A DNA stretch of 64,000 nt from Podarcis tiliguerta (taxonomy: Eukaryota). A model generated the notes under the pieces. The model was not told where the DNA came from and ran no database searches. It worked only from the letters and a program-made list of their open reading frames with translations. The stretch lies in assembly GCA_965153285.1 (NCBI GenBank), contig OZ229115.1; one strand, written 5' to 3'. This document shows positions 26,464 to 37,075 of the stretch, piece after piece (the first letter of the stretch is position 1; every line of letters starts with the position of its first letter). The position numbers and the translations under genes are program-made.

Positions 26464-27350
26464 TAGGCCTGGGCAGTATATCAATATACCACCCAGGACT
26501 GGTGTGAGGAGCAGACCGCGATGTTGACTTCACTCAGCAGTATATCGCTGATGAAACAGCCACGCTCCTGTGTCCCTCAGCTAGCAGCGTAACTTCGTCC
26601 AGGGGTTGCTGCTAGCAGAGAGACTTGGAAGTGCAGCTGTTTCACCAGCGATACACTGCTGAGTGAAACTGGCATTGCGGTCTGCCCGCATACAGCACAG
26701 AGGGAGAAACAAGCTGCATTCGTGAGGTGCCTATACAGCTTGTTCCTCCCTCCACATCTTTAAACTGCTTGGCCGAGGGGCACCCGGTTGCCACTCCCCT
26801 CAGCCAAGCATTTAACGGTGCCCCCTGTCCAGTGCTGGCTTGCCCAAGTTGGCAGCAGGGTGGAGGCTCTGTGAAACTGGCGACCCCCGACACCTCAGCA
26901 GCATTGGATCGCTAGGGTGGGGGGGAGGCTTCTTCTATGCCCCAGCTGCACAAAGCCCAATGCTGCTGCGGTGTTGGATCGCTCAGATGCAGAGTGGAAG
27001 AAGCCTCCCATCCGAGTGATCCGATGCTGCAGATGGGATTGGGGAAGGCTTCTACATCACAGCTGAGCAAACCCCAGTGCTGCTGAGGCATCAGGATTCG
27101 CTCAGCTGGGGTGGGGGGAGCCCTCCCGACCCCCAGGTGAGCAGTGGCCTAGGCCAGCTGCACTGGCCCTCCTGCAAGGCATTAAGGTGAAAGGGTTCCA
27201 GCTCCGGCGTCAAGAGCTGTGGCAATTTCACCCTGCCTCTGGCTGGCTGGGGCCAATGGATTTTGTTTCACCATCGTGGTATATCGCCAAACTGCAATGT
27301 CTAGCTGGTGATACATCACGATGTTGAAAATCTAACATTGCCCAGCCCTA
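26464..27350. mobile_element. non-autonomous hAT element (~890 bp) with internal hairpin
   Basis: TIRs TAGGCCTGGGCAGT / ATTGCCCAGCCCTA; 8-bp TSD GTCACAAT (26456-26463) / GTTACAAT (27351-27358); GC-rich interior. Confidence 0.82.
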
Positions 27351-27899
27351 GTTACAATATGGTCTGACTGAGATAATGAAGTAGGTTTCAGGTTTGTTTG
27401 TGTAGAAGACACCTGTCCAATTTGCCCTAAAATGTGACACACCTAAAAAGTGCTGCACTTAAAACCTTGTCTCTTATTTTCCCACCTGTTCTTTCTGGAT
27501 ATAATGAATTTTCGGGGTCTCATTATTTATAACAATACAAAATACGGTAGTCAAGCAATGGTGTTGGGAAGGGCTATGGGGGGGGGGCTGGGCCCTGGAT
27601 CTTTTGCAGTAGACCCTAGATCTGGTGTCCATCCATCCCCCTGTCTCCCCTTTATTTCATATTTGAATTTACTTACAGGGCAGCTTTCCCTCTGAGTCAG
27701 CCTAATTTGCACTATACATTTGCATTAACAAACTTGTATGTAAATGTGTGTCATGGTCCTGCCTCAAGTCCTTTTAAGGCTGTAGGAACATCCCTGTAGT
27801 CAAAATTTAACACCCTGTTTTGATTTATTACTAGCTTGTTTAAAATCCTTATGAAACAAGTGCTTTTTAAAGATTCTAGGTTTCCATAAGGTGCCCTAA

Positions 27900-28488
27900 T
27901 GACATCAGTGAACAAGAATGTAGCAGCTGTGCTTCTGCTTGTCAACCTATTCTCTCAAATACTTTCAAAATTGAGGCTTGCAAATGCCTTACTACTTACT
28001 TTTGGAATTAAAAATACCAGCTTGTTTGGATTGCATAGCAGCACTACAAAGGATTAACCATGGCCTACTTGGCCTATTCAGTTCATTGGGGAATCTGTAT
28101 GGATTATTTTGGACTTGGACCAAGATATCTGAGAAAAGTGTCTTCTCTTGGGTGGCTTTGAGTAACTGACTGGTATTTGAAAGGACAAGTGACATAAGGC
28201 AGGGCTTCTTTAGTGGTGGCCCTTCACCTCTGAAATTCCCTCCCAAATGGCATTTGATATTCAGCCACTGCAAAAAAAAAAAAAAAAAAAAAAAGAAGTA
28301 AAAAGAGTTGAACTTGTCCAGGCATTCAGATGTTGAAGTAGTATTTGTGGTGAGGTTCTACAGTTTTATCACATGTTCCTTGTTTTTATTTGAGTATTTT
28401 CTTTTGATTATGGTATTTTATTATTGCTGTAAGCTACCTATGCTCCATTTTAGAGAAAGGGGACAATAGAAATCTATCAAATAAATAA
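27900..28488 (+). mobile_element. old L2-like LINE 3' end
   Basis: CAGGGCTTCTTTAGTGGTGGCCCTTCACCTCTGAAATTCCCTCCC (RAFSVVAP.LWNSLP-like), then TGTAAGCTACC...AAATAAATAA terminus. Confidence 0.55.
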
Positions 28489-30099
28489 CGCCTTCCTTGC
28501 AGATGATGATAAAATGGAATGAGTACCTTGAAGGAAAGGCAGGGTACACATGTGCTAAAGCAAACTTAAAATACTAAAAGTGTCAAAATTCAAGTAGGGG
28601 TGAGGTTCAGGATATTGTCAGTGGTGAAGGAATAGTAGCTATATATTCTATATTTTTGTCACTGTATCTTATGACAGGAGTGGGTTGACATGTACCATCC
28701 ACTTAAAACTAAAACTCTTGCACCACCAGTTACATGATAAACTTAGGGTACAGTCCAAACTCCTGATCTGCTGCACTGGGAGGTGGGTGCTGGATGGTGT
28801 GGAGACCAGAAAAGCTGGTGTCAGTCTCCTGACTTGTGTCAGTCTGCTGGCCTGGAGCACTCCGTTCTGCCTACTAAAAGTGCAGAAGATCACCTGGAAA
28901 GCTCTAAAATAGGGTGCTGTGGCAGCAGGGAAGGACTGAACAGACTACAATCCACTGGAGCCATTCCAACTGGCATAATCTGATGGCATCAGGTGTGATC
29001 ACTCTGCCTGTCTTTCCACCTTCTGCCCCAGCAGGTGTAAGCAATGAACAAGGCTGCAGTTGTAGTGGTGATTGCTGCTTCATCACACCCTGCCTTTGCC
29101 CAGATGGGGTTTGAATTGGTCTGCCAGAAAGCAATAGGACTTAGTTGGAATCGCTTGCTTGTTGCAGCATAATTAATCTGTGCTAAATTATCCTGTGTAT
29201 GCTTTCTTGCTTGGTCTTGGTCTCCAGTGCAGCACACAACCTGTGCTAAGAGCTTTCTGAGATAGAACTAACATGGTGAGAAGTGGGTGAGACTACAGTC
29301 CATTCTCCCTGATATGCTAGCTTGAGTTGGTGGATTTGTGTTTTTTGCATCAGAGTGTTCAAAAGCCTGTGGTGGCCTTCTAATTTAACATCTCATTCTG
29401 CATGTGTAGATTAGGTTTTAAACATGTAAGGCATAGTATTGTTATTATTTTATATCCCACCCTTCCTCCCAAAGAAGTCCAGGGTAGCAAACAATGAACA
29501 TTAAAGCAGTAAATGCATCTTAAATGAAGGATCAACCAAGGTCCACCTGGCTCAGGATTTTTGGGAAATCCCAGAAACCACTAGGAGGAGGTCTGCCAGA
29601 AATGGGCTACTGCAGCAGGGCCTACCCCCTAACCCAGGGGTGTATGAAGGTGGGATCAACACCCCCCCTCCCCTTGCCACCTTGAGGCCAGTCAGCTGGA
29701 AACAAGGTCAAAACCACCAAGGACTTTTTGAACATAAACATTTCGGCCTAGGAATTCATTTTCTGAAGCAAAACGCCATTCCTGGTGCCCTCCTCCCCCG
29801 CAAGCTTTCTTCATTCTGGCAGCCTATTTGGAGGGCAAAAACAGTAAAAAAAAAAAAAATGGAAGTCAGAAAACCTTGATGATCTTAACTGCAGATTGCC
29901 CAGAGTCCTTCTTGACCCCTTCTTTCTCACCAGCAGATTCTGCTGGGACAGAATCCTTAAATTTCCATACTAGCCTTCCTCTGAGGATCACAGGGCGGTA
30001 GACAAGATAATTAAACGAAAATGCAAACCGTGGCAACAAACAAAAACAGTAACCGCCCTCCCCTACACAGTTTTAAAGGCCATAGATTGGGTAATTAAA

Positions 30100-30910
30100 G
30101 GCCTGAATGGCAGCGTTCCCACCGCACTCCGAAGAGGCGGCCGGGGGGGGGGACCCTGCGTGGAGTCCCTGAACGCTTCCCCACCCACTCGTGGGTCGGA
30201 AGCGTGAAGCTGCTCTCCGGGCTGGGCCCCAACCGCGAGGCGCCTCGAACCCGCGTTTCGCCATCACAGGCCTCGCCCCGGATCCCGGCCGCCCCGGACT
30301 CGGAGGGGCTGAGGGGCGGCTTTACAGCAAGGCCGCGAAGCAGCGGCGGCGAGGTAGGCGCTTGTGTCCCGCGGAGAAACGGGGCTTCCCGCCTTGGCAA
30401 CGCAGGGCTCGCAGCCGGCCCCGGTGCCGCTTCCAGCCAGGCCAGGCCGGCGAGGAAGAAGCCTCTCCTCCCCGGCGTAGTAGCGCCTCGGCGCCCTCTG
30501 AGGGAGGCAGGGCCCGGGCGGGGCGCGTCGGGGAAGCGAGCGTGGAGGCCGGCGGAGGTGAATGGGGGGAGGAAGGGCTCTTGTGAGCAGCGCCTCCCTC
30601 TGTCCCTCCTTGGGGTGAGGCGGCGCGTCTGACTCAACAGAGGAGGGCGAAGGAAAGTTTCTCCCCAGCCTCTGGCGGTGCGGTGCCTGCCCTGCCTCTC
30701 TTCGCCACCCGTGGGCCGGCGGGCAGCCAGGCAAGGCCACCCTGCCCTCCTCTCCTCTCTCGCTCTCCATGGAAACTTCTCAGCCGGAAAGCACCACTCT
30801 GGGCCTCAATCCCACGAGGGTAAGAAGCAGCACGCGGGTTGTGAGAGGAATTTGGGAGTGGGGCCTTTTAAATTCCGCCACCCGGTAGTTGGAAGTCGCC
30901 GCTGTAGTTG
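30100..30910. promoter_or_regulatory. second intronic CpG island, probable additional promoter
   Basis: About 800 bp, GC/CpG-rich, with GGGCGGGG box, TGACTCA (AP-1) and CGGAAG (ETS) motifs; splice donor AGG|GTAAGA at 30820 near its 3' edge; no repeat hallmarks seen. Confidence 0.75.
30769..30819 (+). CDS. candidate alternative first coding exon (METSQPESTTLGLNPTR)
   Basis: ATG at 30769 (+4 G), 17 open codons, donor GTAAGA at 30820; prediction only. Confidence 0.35.
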
Positions 30911-30977
30911 CATCTGGACTGATTTGGGCTGCCTTTGTGGAAGGGGAAATGAGGTCGTTTGGGTATGTTGGGGCTTG

Positions 30978-30981
<4 letters not shown>

Positions 30982-31008
<27 letters not shown>
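30982..31008. repeat. (CT)n microsatellite
   Basis: Directly visible dinucleotide run. Confidence 0.9.
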
Positions 31009-31015
<7 letters not shown>

Positions 31016-31876
31016 TACTTTTGATTTTTAATTAGGTTTAATTTTGGTGATCGGCTCCCAAGGGATGTGTATTGATGGGAGCGTATATAATTATAATTAA
31101 TAAAAACAAACTTCCGGGGTAGACCACAGGAGAGTAATGGCATTTCTTGGTCGCTGCTGCTGTTACTAGGATACCTTTAAACTGTAGCCACAGCCCCTAC
31201 AAGATGGGGGGGGGGGGAGAGATCTTATTTTACGATATAGGACTGCCTTTTTTGTGAAAATATTTCAGAATTGCCAGTTTTGACATGTCATTTTAAGCCT
31301 TAAATGATTGCATGTAGAATTCTGTTTTCATTCTTCAGAAACCTGTAAAGTCACTTTCCTAGTTTGCCATTTTCAGGCTTTTAATGTTTTGGAGAGGGTG
31401 TGTTTTAATGGTGTCTCTGTGTTGCAATGTAATTACCGGTGAGCTAACCGTGTGTTCTTAATAAGTGTGGTAGCTTAGGAGGAGTGAAAGGAGCTTGACT
31501 CCCAAGGGTTGTGACTATGTCAAAAACTGAAAGCAAAAAAGTGAAAGCAATCATCTGCTTCATCTCTAGAGTATTAGTAGTGTGTGTGCTGGCTGGGGTT
31601 AATGGGAGTTGTAGTCTAAAACATCTGAAGGATACTAGGTTAGCAAAAACTGGGCTAAAATCACACTCCATCCCTCTAGCATACTCCTTCATCATTTCCA
31701 GTCTTATGATACTGAGACAATTTAAAGGGAAAGTTGACTCATGCTACTGGATAGTGATTACCTGCCAAACATATGTTGCATGTACATTATGAGTCAAACT
31801 TCAACCTACGGTAGCTCTATATTATTTCAAGAAGATTTTTGTGTTCTTTGATCCTGTGTCCCCATCTTTAAACTAG

Positions 31877-31910
31877 CTGCTTCAAGCGGTCTTGGCAACT
31901 TGGTATTTAG
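31877..31910 (+). CDS. candidate 34-nt microexon (LLQAVLATWYL+G)
   Basis: Pyrimidine tract plus TAG ending 31876; consensus donor TAG|GTAAGT at 31911; converts phase 0 to phase 1 without a stop; prediction only. Confidence 0.35.
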
Positions 31911-34381
31911 GTAAGTGTCAGTATTCTAGCAGCTTCTGAGTTGTATCCCATCTAAGTTTGCCTTTTACATGAGCTCCCCCCCCCCCCCCCGCCCTGCAGT
32001 TTGTAAATACAGAATTTACTTACATAAATATATAGCTTTTCTTTTGTATAGGTGGCAGTGGAAAGTGGCATTGGCAGGCATTTCAGTTGCATATAACTAT
32101 GCAACAGTATTTTACTCATTCCAACACTTTGTGTTTGCTCCTGTGTTCAGTGGGGTGCACTTTCAATTAAGTGTACTTCAGATTGCAGCCCTGTCTTACC
32201 TCCTTTGGTATACATGGCACTTGACAGCAAGTCAGAGGGCAGGTCTCTGCCCCTGGAGCTAGATCTAACATTTGACATGGGGAAGCAAAAGCAGGGGTGA
32301 GCAAGGAAGAATACGTGGCTATTTCAGTTATATTTGCTTAGGTTCCGTTACAGGATGCATTACAGAATAGGATGTTATGTGCTTCTTGAATTCATCATGT
32401 AGAGCATGGGGATAAAACTCCTTTGAACTCAGTTCATCATGGGTGTTTACTGACCACAGTGCTGTCAGTTGTTAATATACTTTGTATTTAATGCCTACTG
32501 AATTTCATGTTATCTCAAATGTGGTTCAAACTGTCTTGTTCTTTATACTGAAGTCATGATTTCTAGTGAAATAACTGCATGCAGTAGTGTCTCATTATTC
32601 ATTAGCACAAGCTTTGAGGTATATTTTTGAGTCCAAAGACAGAACTGGGCTAGTCCTTTATGACGGCTGAGTTTGCTTTTAAGTAATTTTTGTCAATCTC
32701 AGGTATGGAGGCTGCTTTCTTCTGCAGTTTCTATTTCTAGCTACACTCACTTTGATTGAGTGTCTGTGAACAGATCATTAAATAAGGTAAGTGTTTCTGT
32801 ATTCCTTTAGTTCTTTCTACCTTCTCATCATTGGATAGGACAAAAAAGTCATAGGCTCATAAAAGGAGCATTAACACTGTACCTTTTGCATTAATTCGCT
32901 GCAGCTTTTCTTCTGTTACTTTTATACACTGCCTTAACTGCTCCCCCTTGCACTGTGAAATTTCTGGACTACAGGATGTTGTCTCCAAAGTTTAGGTTGT
33001 GATAACTAAAAATAAATTTCCTATGTAGACCAACACCATTCCTAATGGGATTTCTCATACCCATAACCCTTTCCTGCAGATACTTTCAGGTATGTTTGAT
33101 GCTGTTGAAATAAGTCTGCCTTGTAGTCCAGAGCTCTTGAGAACTGAACAAGTTAGAGCCTACAGTTATGTGAGCTAAACTTCCAGACAATCTGAAATTA
33201 GCGTTGTATGAACTTGAATTTTAGCTTCAAAGTATGTCCTTTATAGCCAATACATGAAATGGGTTTTTTCCTTGCCCAACCCTGTGCAGCGCCACTTAAT
33301 TTTGCAACTGCAAAGTTGCTACTCCACCCTGCGGTCTTAAGATCCTAATTACTTGTTGTGAGGTATAGCTTTTGGCTAGAGCTACTAAAACTAAACAGGA
33401 GCATAGTCCTGTTTCTGTCTTTTCTCTACTGGATCTTGGGTTCTTGAGGGTGAACTCTCTCATTCAATACACACTCTTATTATAATATAAGATTTGTGTG
33501 GTGTTTCTCAGCTTTAGAGGGCCTTAGCATTTTATCAGAAGCCTTCATCGGTGACACTTTTGAGGTGCTGCAGTACTATTGAAGTCTGTTGTGTTGTTGC
33601 TTTTAAGGACATTTCCATCCCCAAAAACGCTTTGCTCACCTGCATGTGTCCATGGAACACAGAGTAGTTTAAGCAATCTCATCTACTAAAGACAGAGCAA
33701 TACAGAGTTTGTGGATTTGAGGAGAGTCAGTGTGGTATAAGTTATGATAGTGCAGCCCATTGGTTCAGTCTACCTCTTTATTCTGCCTTCCCCAAAACTA
33801 TTTCAGTAGTATATCTTGGGGATGTGTGTATTCTTGTTGGGTATTTTATTATGGGTTGATTTTTGTTGTGGTTCCCCAGGTTCTTAAGCTTAAGAGGTGC
33901 ATATCAGAATCCAGATTTAGGGGCCTATGCCTGGCTCATCATCAGCTCACCTGAGCAGCACATTCGTCTTCTCCCATTCAGCCCTTCTCCAATCCTGTGG
34001 AGCATCCTACTGTTCTACTGCTGTGGCCTTTTCTCTGGCTTGTAGGTCCCAGCCTGTAGCTGTAAAGAGGACACTGTGGCAGGCAACTCGTGCGCACAAG
34101 AAAATACTACTTTAATTTCTATTCTCATGCTTTGAAATGCTTGGACCTGCTATTTGCTCACTTGGCATAGAACAGTACTGATTAATATATTGGCATTGTC
34201 CCCTTCCCTCCTCACCCCCAAAACCCCAAGGAAACGATTTTAGGAAGTATGTAGTTTTTAATTTAAAAAAATTCTTTGAAATCAGAATTCAGAGAAAAGG
34301 AGGTTGTTTCTTGCTCTCCTGGCCAGGGGATTTTCCCCCACAAAGACTATAGAGATTTCCATGTATTCTGTGTATTATTTT

Positions 34382-34414
34382 TGTGTGTGTGTGTGTGTGT
34401 ACACACAGAGAGAG
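34382..34414. repeat. (TG)n/(CA)/(GA) compound microsatellite
   Basis: TGTGTGTGTGTGTGTGTGTACACACAGAGAGAGAG. Confidence 0.85.
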
Positions 34415-35829
34415 AGCGTTTACAGGAACTAGTAATGTATTTTAAAGCTTTTACCATTTCCATTATGGAACACTGTTTTTGTTTTGCTTTTTAAGATACA
34501 GTTGGGCAGATCTAAATATAGCAGGCATTCCTGAAACCCATTAGATTGAGCTCATTAAGTTATTTGTACGTTCTATAATTTGCTTTCCTATTTTTGTCAG
34601 TTACAAAGTCTTTGTGTGCCCATAAAGCCTGTTCTACTGCTCTCTAATTGGCCACCTCCTGTTTGACTGATTCATTTCTGTCGGAAACAGTTGCTACAGA
34701 AACAGTTAGTGATGTCATGTCACAAACTTGTGGTATCATTGAATGTGTAGAACAGGAGGTGTCTGGTTCTGCATCTAAGCTTTTTCTCATTTTAGACTGG
34801 TTTTGCAAAATTGCAGAAATGGTTCAGTGGGTTCAATGGAATTAAATATGGTATCTAGCCAAGATGCAGTTCTCTTCCCAAACTCTGGAATTTGTGCTGG
34901 GTGGAGGCACTTATACACTTTTGGGCTGGGTGGAGGCCTTACACACTTTGGCAAATATTAAATGTCCTCTATTTTTGTGGCTATGCTTACTGAAGGTGGC
35001 AGAAGCTCAAAAACCTTCAGCTGCTGTTTATTGACTGAAGCTCTGTTAACAAACATTTGTTTGTGCACTGTCTTAAATTTCTGTTAGGCTGAGTTCCAGT
35101 GGTAGCATTTGATACATGATTGACTTTGGCCTCTGTACAGACTAGTAGCAGACTTGCTGAGCTCTTCCAAGTTTTCATTTTCACTTGTTGAAGAGCGTAG
35201 GACACGGTAGAAGCACTTCCGATTCACTTCCTTTCAACAGTCCTTGTATAAGTATCTCAGAGTCTGCAGCCGTCATGTTTACTCACATGATGAATTGGAC
35301 TCTCTGCCAAGACCTGTGTAATGTGATGAGGTCACAGACGCTAATGTGATTTGACTTGCTGCATGTCGTAAAGGATGAGCTAGTGTGGTTGTAAAAACTG
35401 GCTTATGCGTTTTTTCAGTCCTGGGTAACGAAGCTAGAAAAGTGAGTTATAGGGAATAATTGGCCTATTAATACCCTTTTATTAGAGAGCTAGAAGGAAT
35501 TTAAATAAACTGCATCCGTGTTTGTCTTAGGGGTCTGTGACACTGGTGCAGTGCATCAAATCTATGCACTCTACATGTACCAGATTCTTCAGCCTATGCT
35601 GGTTTTCTTCTTATCCATATAGGTCACAGAAGGGTTGGAAGATGTCATGGGTTGTGTAACATCCACAGCTGGCTTCCCTGGGTCCCTGCAGGAGTGTCTT
35701 GGGAGTTAAAGTCCCTGATCTGACCAGGTGTCTTCCTGTACTTCTGGATGTGTGTGGGGGAATCTGATGAAGAGCCCAAGAAGCTGACATCAGGACATTC
35801 CCCATTTTTTGATCTTGCATCCATTAATC

Positions 35830-37075
35830 TATTTGCATACCACATATCATAAAAACATCTCATGGCAGCTTACAATAAAATCCATTAAAATACAATAACA
35901 GCAAAATAAACTTAACAGCTTTGGTAGGAAGTTCAAAATATAACATAAAAGTTATGACAAATGACTGCTGTCAATAGCCAGCAAAGCCTTCAGTAAAGAC
36001 ATATAGTTTCAGCATGCACTGTCAATGCACAGAAAAAGGCCTCTTCCTGGTTGCTGCAAGATGAGCTTCCACATAACCATGAAGACCTCAGCAGATGGCC
36101 CTAATGACCAGGAAGGTCTGTACAGGAGAAGGTGTTCCTTTGGATTCCTAGTCCCAAATTATTTAGGGCTTTGTAGGTTGATACCAAACCTGGCCCATTA
36201 GCAAATTGGAAGCCAGTGTAGCTCTTTTAATGGTATTGTATATTCCACTTGACAACCTAGTAGCTACATTCTGTACTAACAGCAGCTCCTAGACTAAGCT
36301 TAAGGGCAGTCTCACATAAAATGCATTATAGTAATCAAGTCTTGAGGTTGTGTATGCATAGTTCACTAAGCTGGTAAAAGATGCTTTTATCCACTACAGC
36401 CACTTGGGCTTTCCAAGTCAAAAATGGTTCCAGGAGCACCCGCAGACTACATACCTACTCCTTCAGAACCCTTGCCAGTATTCAGCGTCAGCTTATTGAC
36501 CCTTATCTAGCCTTATTGCTGTGCCCAAACACCAATCCACATCCAGACACTGATCCAGAACTTGTATGGCCATGCCTGATTCAGATGGAGAAATCAAGCT
36601 GAGTATTATCACTATAATGATGTTGTTGTGCTTCAGATCCTCTAATGACGGCTTCTAGCAGTTTCATATGGATGCTAAACAGCACTGAATATGATATGGC
36701 ACTCTGTTTTACTGCATAACCGACCTGTCAAGGTACAATCATCCAGTGCTACTCTGATACCAACCCTACAAGTAGGAGCAGAACCACTGTAACACAGTGT
36801 TTCCTACTTCCAACCCACTGAGCAAGTCCAGCATGATACAGTGACTACGTTATCAAAAGCTACTGAGAGCTCAAGCAAAATGCCAGGGTTGCACCACCAT
36901 GTCCCTGTCAGGGTAACCAATGCTGATTAACTTCCAAAACACGTCCAAGTACTTGGGTTGGGTTGCCACTGCCCTCTCAGTCACTATCTCCCAAAAGGGT
37001 GTATCGGCAACCAGCCAGTAGCTGTCAAATACCCTGGGTCCAGGGTGTTACTTTACCTCCTCAAGAATAACAGGT
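35830..37075 (-). mobile_element. old degenerate L2-like LINE fragment
   Basis: Patches colinear with the 16-17 kb copy (TTTAGGGCTTTGTAGGTT, AAGGGCAGTCTCACATA, AGCTGAGTATTATC, GATGCTAAACAGCA, ATCAAAAGCTACTGAGAG); no intact ORF. Confidence 0.7.

Noticed and set aside
28272-28293. Poly-A run as a retrocopy tail
   Set aside because: Lies within a decayed L2-like segment with no upstream processed ORF or clear TSD
30073-31031. Overlapping 117-180 aa ORFs in the second CpG island
   Set aside because: Same GC artefact; no homology recognised
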